A stretch of 64,000 nucleotides of DNA from a bacterium (lineage in GTDB: Bacteria; Electryoneota; JAOADG01). The stretch spans positions 480,001 to 544,000 of the forward strand of contig OY820579.1 of the NCBI GenBank assembly GCA_963681965.1, written 5' to 3'. The notes under the pieces were generated by a model, which ran no database searches, had not been told where the DNA came from, and saw only the letters and a list, made by a program, of their open reading frames with translations. A program made the translations under genes and the position numbers. This document shows, in pieces, positions 40,508 through 50,380 of the stretch. Every line of letters begins with the position of its first letter. The first letter of the stretch is position 1.

Positions 40508-43297
40508 GTGCTTAACGTCAAGTGGTGCGCACACATCACGTTGATTGCACTTGTTATCGTTTTGTGCCTCTTTGGCAGCGCACCAGCGGTGAGTGTACAA
40601 TCGTCGCGCTTGCCGCATCCCTTCCAATTCACCGAGAACAAGGGGCAATGGGATTCCGCCGTTCTCTACAAGTGCGAAGTCCGACGCGACGGTTTCACCT
40701 GGTTTCTCGAGCGCGATGGTGTCACCCTCGTCACGAGCGTAATTGATTCCTCAAAAATGATAGACGCCAGTAGGGGCGGACCCCCGCATCCGCCCGTCGA
40801 TCCTTTTTCCAGTAGGGGCGGACCCCCGTGTTCGCCCGCAAACGGCAACGACGTTGCCGCCGTAGGGGCGTATGGCATACGCCCTGATCATGAATCCTTT
40901 CCATTAAAATCTCACGCCCTCAAATTCAAATTTGTTGACTCCCGTAGGGGCGAATCGCATTCGCCCCTATCCGATCAAGATGCACAAACCAATCTGGGCG
41001 CGTTCGCGCCCACAGGGCGTATGCGATACGCCCCTACGGATAAATGCACGACACAAGAGGATGTCGGAATAAATTCCGACCTACCCTTCGCACAAGCAAA
41101 ATCAATTGATGCACAGGGTGAATTATCGTGGCACAACAATTATTTCCTCGGGAATGACTCCTCAAAATGGGCACCGGATTGTCGGAATTTTACACGCGTG
41201 GTGTATCGCGAAGTGTGGGAGGGCATCGATATCGAATTCTATGAGAGCAAAGGACATCTCGAATTCGATTTTGTAGTGCATCTCGGTGCCGATCCCAAAC
41301 AAATCCGAATGGTGTGCGAAGGATTGGATGCGCCGATAGCAGGCGGAGGACGGACACTCTTGTCCGTCGACTCAATTATTTCTGTCACAAAAGGGAGTCG
41401 GACAGGAGTGTCCGACCTCCGATTATCGAATGAACTCACTCTTTCCACTTCCCTCGGTGAATTGCGGATGTCAATTCCGGGTGCATACCAAACCATTACT
41501 GATGGCACTCATGGAAACATTGTCACGGCACAATTCAGACTCGTGTCAGAAAATGTCTTCGCGATCAATTTGCCGAATGGGTACGATAACTCGCAGACGC
41601 TCCGAATCGATCCGTTGGTGTATAGTACCTATTTGGGTGGGAGTGCAGGAGATGAGGGGAAAGCTATTTGCAAATCAACAACTGGTAAAATTGTAGTTAC
41701 TGGCAATACGCATTGCAGTGACTTTCCAATTACAAGCGGTGCATACGATACAACTGTTTCTGCTATGGATATTTTTATCACTTCAATCAACTCTTTCGGT
41801 AATCAACTGCTATATAGTACTTTTCTCGGTGGTAGTGGCGATGATTATCCCGTCGGAATCTGTGCCGATCCAATTGATGGAATTATTGTTGTAGGTAGTA
41901 CTTATGGCTCCGATTTTCCAGTCTCTCAAGCAGCATTTGATAGAAATCCACCCTCAACACCTGATTCAAAGTGTATAATTACTCGTCTTAATGCAACAGG
42001 TTCGCAAATCATCTACAGCACGTATCTCGGAAGTATCTTTGCAATGCAATCTGCACAAGCTGTTATTAGTGATGAAACCGGTGGTGCTTACGTAACTGGG
42101 TACACTGAGGGTTTGAATTTTCCCTGTACTTCCGATGCTTATAGTACTCTGCCATTTTACAGTACCAATGTATTTCTTACTCACCTTAACAGTACTGGAT
42201 CGAACCTTATCTACAGTTCTTATTTTGGTGGAAATTCTCAAACGATCGCATATAAAATTGATTTTGATGACTCTGGAAGGGTAGCGATTGCTGGGATGAC
42301 AGCTAGTACAAATCTTCCGACAACATCCAATTGCTATAGTTCTCAGTTGCGTGGCGGTGGAAACTGTTTCCTTACAGTGTTTTCTACCGATTGCAGATCC
42401 CTTGCCTATAGTACTTATATCGGTGGAAATTGTACCGATCGAATCTATGGTCTATCAAATGACGGTCTCGGTGGTTGGTTTATCTCTGGAATTACTTGTA
42501 GTTCCGATTTTCGAGTATCTCCTCATGGTTACGACACGACCTATCATGGCGGTGAATTAGGTGATGCCTTCGTCGGACACATGACCTATACATCGACGGA
42601 ATCATCTTTCTTAAGCACATATATAGGTGGTAGCATGACCGACTACTCAACCAGTGCTCAGTTTAATCGACTCAATCATTGTGTTTATTCAGCTGGCGTA
42701 ACAGTCAGCACCGAATTCCCTGTCACGATCAACTCTTTCGATTCACTCTACAATGGTGGTGGTACTGACGGTTTCATCATGAAGTTTAACAGTACTTTGG
42801 ATACACTAATGTACAGTACATTTATCGGTGGCAATAATTACGATAATTGTGAAGGTTCGGTTTTAGTGGGTAGTGATACATTAGCGATTGTTGGCAGAAC
42901 GAATAGTACCAATTTCCCAGTGACCGGTTCTGCAATCGATAGCACGAATCAAGGCGGGTGGGATGCCTTTATCGTGAAGTTTATTACTTTGCCGGAATCG
43001 ACTGATGCAAATGAAGTAAAGTTAACGATTCTTCCGCAAAGCGCAAGCATTAAGGCTTTTCCGAATCCCTTCAACGCCACCACTACTCTTTCCTACACCC
43101 TTCCAATTTCATCTCACGTCGAGCTTTGTCTCTACGATCTCACCGGTCGCGAAGTATCGACACTCGTGCAGCGCGAGCAGCGTCCCGGAACGTATCGGGT
43201 ATTGCTCGACGGTTCACGATTAGCGAGCGGAACCTACTTTGTGCGATTGCAGGCAGGTACGTTTTCTAAGACGCAGAAGATTGTGCTATTGAAGTAA
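40508..43297 (+). CDS. Secreted SBBP beta-propeller protein with T9SS CTD, carrying in-frame REP insertions
   Basis: FTENKGQW, NYFLGND..KW, IDPLVYSTYLGG and repeated YSTxxGG; FPNPFN CTD. Start probably GTG 40508 or ATG 40453, because 40364 lies inside the terminator. Confidence 0.85.
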   Translation: MLNVKWCAHITLIALVIVLCLFGSAPAVSVQSSRLPHPFQFTENKGQWDSAVLYKCEVRRDGFTWFLERDGVTLVTSVIDSSKMIDASRGGPPHPPVDPFSSRGGPPCSPANGNDVAAVGAYGIRPDHESFPLKSHALKFKFVDSRRGESHSPLSDQDAQTNLGAFAPTGRMRYAPTDKCTTQEDVGINSDLPFAQAKSIDAQGELSWHNNYFLGNDSSKWAPDCRNFTRVVYREVWEGIDIEFYESKGHLEFDFVVHLGADPKQIRMVCEGLDAPIAGGGRTLLSVDSIISVTKGSRTGVSDLRLSNELTLSTSLGELRMSIPGAYQTITDGTHGNIVTAQFRLVSENVFAINLPNGYDNSQTLRIDPLVYSTYLGGSAGDEGKAICKSTTGKIVVTGNTHCSDFPITSGAYDTTVSAMDIFITSINSFGNQLLYSTFLGGSGDDYPVGICADPIDGIIVVGSTYGSDFPVSQAAFDRNPPSTPDSKCIITRLNATGSQIIYSTYLGSIFAMQSAQAVISDETGGAYVTGYTEGLNFPCTSDAYSTLPFYSTNVFLTHLNSTGSNLIYSSYFGGNSQTIAYKIDFDDSGRVAIAGMTASTNLPTTSNCYSSQLRGGGNCFLTVFSTDCRSLAYSTYIGGNCTDRIYGLSNDGLGGWFISGITCSSDFRVSPHGYDTTYHGGELGDAFVGHMTYTSTESSFLSTYIGGSMTDYSTSAQFNRLNHCVYSAGVTVSTEFPVTINSFDSLYNGGGTDGFIMKFNSTLDTLMYSTFIGGNNYDNCEGSVLVGSDTLAIVGRTNSTNFPVTGSAIDSTNQGGWDAFIVKFITLPESTDANEVKLTILPQSASIKAFPNPFNATTTLSYTLPISSHVELCLYDLTGREVSTLVQREQRPGTYRVLLDGSRLASGTYFVRLQAGTFSKTQKIVLLK
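40770..41420. repeat. Intragenic REP palindromes (at least 8)
   Basis: GTAGGGGCG-type at 40770, 40812, 40862, 40944 and 41015-41037 (reverse); GTCGGAATAAATTCCGACCTAC at 41063; GGAG-type pair at 41345 and 41397-41420. Confidence 0.88.
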
Positions 43298-43310
43298 TTC
43301 ATATTGTGAA

Positions 43311-43600
43311 GTAGTAGCGGGCTCGTGAGCCCTCCCGATTTTTGGTAGCGGCGGACTTTAGTCCGCCATTCCTGAAAAATTAAAAAAAAAGCGGACTTTA
43401 GTCCGCCACTACCAACGGAAAAGATAGATTGCTTCGTCTCTTCGGGCGCATCCGCCAGCCGGCGGACGCCCTTCGTTCCTCGCAACGACAAATCAGGATA
43501 CAGGATTCAAGATAAAGAATACAGGATACAAGAGCGGGCGCCCGCGGGGAGGCGCCCCTACTACAAGATAAAAAAAAGGTCGGAATAAATTCCGACCGAC
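43311..43600. repeat. Intergenic REP mosaic (BIME-like)
   Basis: Pair of GCGGACTTTAGTCCGC; GATTGCTTCG...CCTCGCAACGAC; CAGGATA-like heptamer run; GGGCG...CGCCCCTAC; GGTCGGAATAAATTCCGACC. Confidence 0.85.
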
Positions 43601-43629
43601 TGGTATGACGATTGATGCGTTGGACAGTA

Positions 43630-44913
43630 TTACATAAACACCAGCGACACGAGCGAGAGTACGATCAGCAGCACCGTCAGCGAGATCGCAATCACATTGC
43701 CAATCTTGCCATTGACATATTCACCCATGATCCGCTTGTCGTTGATCAGGATCAGCATCGGAATCAATACAAACGGCAGCACCATACCGTTCACCTGCTG
43801 ACTCAGCACCATGATTTTAATCAGCGGCAGATCGGGAATCATGATCACCGCCGCACCGAGAATAATGATGCTGGTATAGATGCCATAAAATTCCGGCGCT
43901 TCTTCCCACTTCTTCTCGACACCACTTTCCCAGCCGAACGCTTCGCAAATGGTGTATGACGTCGACAACGGCAGAATGCTTGCGGCAAATAGCGACGCAT
44001 TCATCAAGCCGAACGCAAACAGACTCCCGGCAAACCTGCCGGCAAATGGCAATAGCGATTTTGCGGCATCGTCGGCAGTATTGATCAAAATCCCGTGCGG
44101 ATACAGCGTCACTGCGCAAAGAATCGTGATGAAACCCGCAATCACGATGACGGCAATACACCCGACAATCGTGTCCAATTTGCTGTAGCCGTATTGACTG
44201 ATGTGAATATTTTTTTCGGCGACACTCGCCTGCTGATAGAATTGCATCCACGGGGCGATCGTCGTTCCAATCACACCGATCAGCACCAGCACGAATCCGG
44301 GATCGATCGCTTTCGACGCATCCGCCGAGAGCTGTGGCTTTACGGTCGATTTCCAGACAGCATTCCAATCGGTATCGACCTGCATCCCGGCAATGATATA
44401 GGCGACATAAAAGAACACTGCGACCAGAAAGATCCGCTCGACCGTTTTGTAATTTCCCTTGACTGCGAGGAACCAGACCAGCACCGCCGCCAGCGGCACC
44501 GACACAAATCGCGGGATCCCCCAGATTTCGCCGGCACCCGCCACTCCGGAAAATTCCGCAATCACGTTGCCGAAATTGGTGAGCAGCACCCCGATCATCA
44601 TGTAGAACGTGAGCTTGACACCGAACCGCTCGCGAATTAGATCGGAGAGTCCTTTGCCGGTCACAACCCCCATCCGGTTCGCCATCTCCTGCACCACGAT
44701 CAACATGATCGCCATCGGGATGAACATCCAGAGCATCGAGAAACCGTAATGCGCACCCGCTTGCGAATACGTTGCGATGCCACCAGCGTCGTTATCGACA
44801 TTCGCAGTGATCAGACCCGGTCCGACAATCGCAAAGAAGATCCCTACCCGTCGAAGTGGACGGCGCAAGCGTTGCGGCAGATAGCGATTGATGGCAGTCG
44901 GTACGATATTCAT
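43630..44913 (-). CDS. Nramp family divalent metal transporter (NrmT-like)
   Basis: GPGLITANVDNDAGGIATYSQAGA, GTTIAPWMQF, about 11 TM segments. Confidence 0.9.
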   Translation of the reverse strand: MNIVPTAINRYLPQRLRRPLRRVGIFFAIVGPGLITANVDNDAGGIATYSQAGAHYGFSMLWMFIPMAIMLIVVQEMANRMGVVTGKGLSDLIRERFGVKLTFYMMIGVLLTNFGNVIAEFSGVAGAGEIWGIPRFVSVPLAAVLVWFLAVKGNYKTVERIFLVAVFFYVAYIIAGMQVDTDWNAVWKSTVKPQLSADASKAIDPGFVLVLIGVIGTTIAPWMQFYQQASVAEKNIHISQYGYSKLDTIVGCIAVIVIAGFITILCAVTLYPHGILINTADDAAKSLLPFAGRFAGSLFAFGLMNASLFAASILPLSTSYTICEAFGWESGVEKKWEEAPEFYGIYTSIIILGAAVIMIPDLPLIKIMVLSQQVNGMVLPFVLIPMLILINDKRIMGEYVNGKIGNVIAISLTVLLIVLSLVSLVFM

Positions 44914-44942
44914 GTAGTGATTATGTTTCGTTCTTTATCGTA

Positions 44943-45053
44943 GTGCCGATTTCGAATCGGCATTGTGTTTAAAAAATTTTTCTATCATAGGAGGTGGGAC
45001 TTTAGTCCCGCCTAACATTTGCAGATAGATGGCGGCACTAAAGTGCCACCTCC
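44943..45053. repeat. REP doublet (GGAG family)
   Basis: GGAGGTGGGACTTTAGTCCCGCC ... GGCGGCACTAAAGTGCCACCTCC in inverted orientation, plus palindrome TGCCGATTTCGAATCGGCA. Confidence 0.8.
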
Positions 45054-45064
45054 GCAATGATTTA

Positions 45065-46333
45065 TCAATCATTACGACGTTTCCAGAAGAGCGGCAACAA
45101 ATCGTCGAATGAGTGTTTCAATGAAATGATGCCGAGCATCTTATTCTCTTTTATCACCGGACAAAACGCGAGATCGTAGGTCGCAAACAGTTCCGCCACT
45201 TCGTTGATTTCGGTCTCCGGTTCAACCCAGAAGAAGCGGGTATGCATCAATTCCGATACTGCCGTATTCGGACCGGAAGTGAGAATTGAGCGCAACGACA
45301 CTACACCGACGCAATTCTCGTCGTCGTCTAGCACATAGATGTAGAGGAATGCCTCGATCTCTTTCGCTTTTTCGCGGATCTCATCCAACACATCTTGTGC
45401 CGATTCCGATTGCTTACATGTAATAAATTCATTCGACATCAGCGCGCCGGCGGTTTCATCTTTATGCGCGGCGAGTTCGGTGATGTCATCGCGGGTATCC
45501 GGTTCCACTGCAGCGAGCATCGCTTCGGCGACATCGACACCGACCACTTCGAGCACGTCCGCTGCGACCTGCAGCTCCATTTCCTCGAGAATGTCCGCCG
45601 ACTCTTCCGCCGTCAACGATTCGAGTACCGACTTCTGCACCTCTTCTTCGGACACTTCCAATGCGGCGGCTGCCGTCTCGGGACCGACGGCGCGGACAAT
45701 TTCGGCGCGTTCTTCCTTATCGAGATCTTCGAGGACATCGGCGAGTTCCGCAGGGTGCAAATTCCGCAGATTATTGATCTGAACCGAAAGTTGCAGTGCA
45801 TCGCCACCGCGACCCTGCACCGGTGCGACATATTTCCATGAAATCAACTCTTCGTTGATCTTCTTGCCGATCAGTTTCGCAAATGCTTTGACACCCGGTT
45901 CGAAGCCAAGGCGGCGCGCGAGACCGAGCAAACCGACATCGACGTGGATGATATAGCTTTCGCGACCGACCAGCATTTGTACGTCGTTCACCCGCTCGAC
46001 TTTCGCACCAGAAATATCGACGATTTGACGATCCCACAACCAGTCGCGCACGAGGAACTCGTCGGCGTCGACGGAGAATTCCTTTAGTCGATCGGTATTG
46101 ATCGTAATGCGTTCCTGATCGCGCCATTGCACGAATTCATTGGGCGTGGGGTGATAACGGTATTTGCGACCTTGACGGCGGATGACAACGGATCGAATGG
46201 GGGGAAAGACGGCGCTGGTGTAGGCGATGATATCGACGAGCTTACCGACACGATGCGCGGAAGCATCGAAGACGGGGCGATCCATCCAATCGGAGAGATA
46301 GAGAAATGTCTCGTGGAGTGTCGAAGTCGGCAC
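45065..46333 (-). CDS. MgtE N-terminal/CBS domain protein with PRC barrels
   Basis: DRQIVDISGAKVERVND, LHPAELADVLE, ETAGALM, CBS pair; no TM domain. Confidence 0.88.
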   Translation of the reverse strand: MPTSTLHETFLYLSDWMDRPVFDASAHRVGKLVDIIAYTSAVFPPIRSVVIRRQGRKYRYHPTPNEFVQWRDQERITINTDRLKEFSVDADEFLVRDWLWDRQIVDISGAKVERVNDVQMLVGRESYIIHVDVGLLGLARRLGFEPGVKAFAKLIGKKINEELISWKYVAPVQGRGGDALQLSVQINNLRNLHPAELADVLEDLDKEERAEIVRAVGPETAAAALEVSEEEVQKSVLESLTAEESADILEEMELQVAADVLEVVGVDVAEAMLAAVEPDTRDDITELAAHKDETAGALMSNEFITCKQSESAQDVLDEIREKAKEIEAFLYIYVLDDDENCVGVVSLRSILTSGPNTAVSELMHTRFFWVEPETEINEVAELFATYDLAFCPVIKENKMLGIISLKHSFDDLLPLFWKRRND

Positions 46334-46591
46334 GAGTCCCTCCGGCGGAGGTTAAGAGTGTTTCGCCAATAGCTTTCGCTTCCTGTAACTAGGGTTGCAC
46401 GAATATACAAAAAAACCGTGTGCTGTCATAAGTACGTAGCGATGCAGTGAAATTGCTGATTCTCCGTCATGGAAGCGTGTAATATGTGCCGCAACCAGAA
46501 CACTCAATGTAAGATTGATCAAATCTGATCTATTGAGTGAAAACCAAGCGATCACAGCGGTTGGGCGTTAATCTGACGTTGCTATTTTTTT

Positions 46592-46653
46592 GTCAGGCTA
46601 AAGCCCAACCTCCGCGTGCAGAAGTTGATTTGTCAGGCTAAAGCCTGACCTCC
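46592..46653. repeat. REPs at RAYT1 3' end (GGAGGTCAGGCTTTAGCCTGAC)
   Basis: Two tandem copies; one contains the RAYT stop codon. Confidence 0.85.
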
Positions 46654-47121
46654 GATGCTAATTGATTCTGGAACGATGGTAAATGGATATTCATCTATTT
46701 CCGAAACAAGTCGCTGTTTTACTGGATTCATCAGGATATATGTCCATACTTCGTCGAATTCTCCCTGATTGCGAATGATGCGATCGAAAGTTTCATTCAG
46801 CCATATTGAACCGCTTCGATGATTATATTGGTTTATTTTCAGTGAACTCACACCTTTCCAATATTTGACAATTTTTAATAGAGATTGCCAATTTCCGGGT
46901 GATACTTCTAGTGGCTGAGTAATTACATGAACGTGATCGGGCATAATACAGGCAATAAATAGGCGATACTCTATTTGGTTTTTACTGAGCAATACTTCCT
47001 GAATAATCGATTTTTCAGCGTCGGAAAACAAGTAATTTTTTGTCCGGAAAGTAGCGAAATATATCGAACCAGTGAGTTCCCAATGAGGAAGGTACCGTCG
47101 TCTTATCGTTAATCCGTTCAT
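46633..47121 (-). mobile_element. REP-associated tyrosine transposase (RAYT/Y1) 1
   Basis: LPHW, YFATFRT, HUH motif IMPDHVH, DRIIRN, catalytic YILMNPVK; flanked by REPs. Confidence 0.9.
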
Positions 47122-47191
47122 CTGAATGCCGATTTAGTTAGACGGATGTGTATCCGATGTAAGTCTGTAGTATGTTGGTTGTAAGTTAGTT

Positions 47192-47287
47192 GTATGTCGG
47201 AATTTATTCCGACTCTTTTTTCGTAATCACTTGTTAAAAAAACGAAAAAGAAAACACTCTCAAGAGTCGGAATAAATTCCGACATAC
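47192..47287. repeat. REPIN doublet GTATGTCGGAATTTATTCCGAC
   Basis: Inverted pair with ~50 bp spacer; same core as at 41063 and 43578. Confidence 0.85.
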
Positions 47288-47301
47288 GGATCCGTGCATC
47301 G

Positions 47302-49248
47302 TTATTTTTCGATCTGAGTTGTCTTTCTACCCAATCTTTTCATCACTGATTCGAGTGGCGTACCGGCGGGCAGATCGCGCACAACCGAATCGAAACTGTC
47401 GCCATCGCCGATCCACGCCGACACCTGATAGAACATCGCCGGACTGTATCGCGCCACACTGATATGCGTGAACGATGTCGCATCCGCGCCGAATGTCGCC
47501 CAGAGATATTGCCACGGAATCGTGTTGCTGTTGCGGAATGCGATCAGATAGCGCTGCACGGTCAGCGGTACGCCATTGAGCGACGTATCGACCCGCGCCC
47601 AGTTGAGCAGTGCGTCTTCGCCCGACACCGTCACCGTCAGATTGCGCGGTGGTGCGGGGACATACGACGAGGTGCCGGTGACATTCAGCCAGAGCGTATC
47701 GGCATTGATCGCATGGACGATCAGACCGATTCGCTGCGAAAACGTCCCTTGCGTACCCGGTCCGAAATAGAGCCAGAACAGCGCCGTATCGCCCGGATTG
47801 AAGCTGCCGGAGACATCGCCGAAAGCAAAGACGTCGGTATCGACAAACGAGAGATTCGTGAGTGGTTGATTGCCTGCCACCACGACCCGCACCGCGATGG
47901 AATCGTACAGTGTCGGTTCGACGGTGCGCGGAAAGTTGATGGTGGAATTGATCGGATGCGCATAGGTTCCGACGCCGGTGCCGGAGATCGGAATCGCGAT
48001 CGGATTGTACGGTGCTTCGAACGTTAGCCGCAACGTATCGCGATAGGTGAGCGTGGAATCGGGGCGGAACCGCACCCAGATCCGGAGGAAATCGTTGGCG
48101 TCGGTGAGCGAATCGCTGTCCTCCACCCGGTGCGAAAATACCCCGGAGGATGCGCCAGTAATGAAAGTGTAGCGGAAAGGTGAATTTTGGTAACAACGAA
48201 TAAGTAACTCTAAAGAATCTGTTTCGAAAAGCGGTTGATTTACAAATGACAGTGTATTTGGTGTAGATTCTAATGTTTCGAATATATAGATCCCTAGACC
48301 AGATATCGCATCGGCAGCATAAATAATGTTACCATCAACTGTAATTCTATGGGTATTATTATGTGTTAAGTAATATCCAATTTGTTCTGGTGAAGCCGGA
48401 TTACTAACATCAACAATTCTAATTCCACCTCCAGCATAATCTGCGATATAAGCGAGGTTGCCTATAATCTCTACATTTAATGCCCAACCTGGCGTGTCAA
48501 AAAATCCTATTTCGCTTAGATTATTCGATATATCTAGGATCCTTAAACCTGCCGAATTATCTGCGACATATGCATAATTTCCTTGAACAAAAACTGACCG
48601 CGGAAGAGGATCTGGAAATGATGTTTGCGAAACGACACTTGGAACACTCGGATTAACTACATTGACTACTTTTAGTTGATTACCGAGTGTTGTGATGTAA
48701 GCGAATTGACCATCCACGGTAACATGAGAAATTTCGGCTCCAACATTTAAATTGCCTACAAGAAGCGGATTTAATGGGTTTGTGATGTTTACTATTTGAA
48801 ACCAACCAGATGACTGACCGATATATGCATAATTACCCAAAACTTTTATGCCAGTTACGGTGGATGTTGAAAAAGTTACTGAGCCCACAATAATTGGTGA
48901 CGAAGGATTAGCGATGTTAACAATTTTTAAAGAACCGCCATCACCTACATATGCATAAGACCCAACAACATCAATTCCCCAACATTGACCAGATGCAATC
49001 CAAACACCAGCCAGAAGCGGGTTTCGAGGGTTAGTTACATCAATAATTCGTAAACCAGTATTAAGAGTATTATTTCGATCGGCGATATAAACATAGTTTC
49101 CCGTTTTAACAATGTTTACTGCTGCATCTGGAGTGTCAAGCGAGCTTAATTTTCTTACCCCCAAGCTATCCTGCGCCCAAGTCATCGCAGGAATCAGCAG
49201 CATAAAAAAAGCAATCGGCAGCAAAACCGCGGTTTTCAGAGGATGCAT
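47302..49248 (-). CDS. Secreted LVIVD-repeat protein with Ig-like and FN3-like C-terminal domains
   Basis: Signal peptide; repeats GNYAYVAD..GLRIIDVSNP..P; PAPPRNLTVTV tail. Confidence 0.85.
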   Translation of the reverse strand: MHPLKTAVLLPIAFFMLLIPAMTWAQDSLGVRKLSSLDTPDAAVNIVKTGNYVYIADRNNTLNTGLRIIDVTNPRNPLLAGVWIASGQCWGIDVVGSYAYVGDGGSLKIVNIANPSSPIIVGSVTFSTSTVTGIKVLGNYAYIGQSSGWFQIVNITNPLNPLLVGNLNVGAEISHVTVDGQFAYITTLGNQLKVVNVVNPSVPSVVSQTSFPDPLPRSVFVQGNYAYVADNSAGLRILDISNNLSEIGFFDTPGWALNVEIIGNLAYIADYAGGGIRIVDVSNPASPEQIGYYLTHNNTHRITVDGNIIYAADAISGLGIYIFETLESTPNTLSFVNQPLFETDSLELLIRCYQNSPFRYTFITGASSGVFSHRVEDSDSLTDANDFLRIWVRFRPDSTLTYRDTLRLTFEAPYNPIAIPISGTGVGTYAHPINSTINFPRTVEPTLYDSIAVRVVVAGNQPLTNLSFVDTDVFAFGDVSGSFNPGDTALFWLYFGPGTQGTFSQRIGLIVHAINADTLWLNVTGTSSYVPAPPRNLTVTVSGEDALLNWARVDTSLNGVPLTVQRYLIAFRNSNTIPWQYLWATFGADATSFTHISVARYSPAMFYQVSAWIGDGDSFDSVVRDLPAGTPLESVMKRLGRKTTQIEK

Positions 49249-49350
49249 CGGATACTCCGTCGGATGGAAGGAAATAGCTATTTATTTCTGAATATCATTT
49301 TATACTACAATCAAAAATTCCTATCCTGCAAGCGCCAGCCCCCCAAAATC

Positions 49351-49655
49351 AAAAAAATCTCAATAATCCCCGCACGAATCTTCCTTACCGTAGGTCAGAA
49401 CTTGTTCGAACCAATTGCGGTTCCTTCATTTTTTCTTTTTTAAATAAATGGAAAAGATAGTGGTCAGAACAAGTTCTGACCTACGGAAAAGAAGCGATTC
49501 AATCATTTAACCATTTTGGACCTACGAAACAAGCGCCACCGCCCTAAAACAAAATTCTCAATATTCTCGCACGAATCTTCCTTACCGTAGGTCAGAACAA
49601 GTTCTGACCTACGGAAAAGAAACGACTCGATCATTTAACCCATCTTCGACCTACC
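49351..49655. repeat. Two tandem REPIN units (GTAGGTCAGAACTTGTTCTGAC)
   Basis: Full doublet 49390-49484 and collapsed copy 49587-49612, each with the same flanking sequence. Confidence 0.88.
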
Positions 49656-50124
49656 GAAGAGATTCTCTTTCCGGTATTATAGTAAACGGGTATTCCTCGA
49701 TTTGCGAAACAATGCCAGCCTTAACTGGATTCATTACGATATAATTCCACGTTTCATCGAAATCTTGTTGATTGCGAATGATATGATCGTAAGAATCAGT
49801 CTGCCATATCCGACCAGATCGATGGTGCAATTTATTAATTCGAATTGCGCTTGCCCCTTTCCATCGCTTCATGATTTGGGAAATCGACTTCCAATTCCCG
49901 CGAGGTATTTCGATCGGTTGAACAATGGCATGAACATGATCTGGCATGATACAGGCAACATATAACAGATATTCGATTTGATGCCCGCTTAATAGTAGCG
50001 ATCGGATAATGTCCAGATCGGGGTAAGTGAATCGGTATGCTTTAGTTCTAAAGGTTACAGCGTAAACCGAACCTTTGAGTTCCCAGTGCGGCAAGTGGCG
50101 GTAACGAATGGTTAACTCACTCAT
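49651..50124 (-). mobile_element. REP-associated tyrosine transposase (RAYT/Y1) 2
   Basis: LPHW, TFRT, IMPDHVH, IWQ..SYDHIIRN, YIVMNPVKAG. Confidence 0.92.
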
Positions 50125-50213
50125 AATCTTTTCCGGCTAGTGTAAATATGTTTAAACTTTATTTATATTATAATAAACCTATAGTCATTCGCAAGAGTCT
50201 GTGCATTTAAATT

Positions 50214-50380
50214 AAAAAATCTCAATTTCCGCGCGAATCTTCCTTACCGTAGGTCAGAACTTGTTCTGACCAATTGCAGTTCCTTCATTTTTTTTTATAA
50301 ATAAATGGAAAAGATAATGGTCAGAACAAGTTCTGACCTACGGAAAAGAAGCGATTCGACTATTCAAACCATCTTGACCG
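50214..50380. repeat. Third REPIN unit, direct repeat of 49351..49520
   Basis: CGAATCTTCCTTACCGTAGGTCAGAAC...GTTCTGACCTACGGAAAAGAAGCGATTC shared with the first copy. Confidence 0.88.

Noticed and set aside
46340-46560. M-box (ykoK) or yybP-ykoY riboswitch
   Set aside because: Conserved cores were not recognisable; kept only as an unassigned candidate leader.
49351-50380. Repeated palindromes as a CRISPR array
   Set aside because: Copies are inverted, spacers are shared rather than unique, no cas genes are present and a RAYT is adjacent; these are REPINs.
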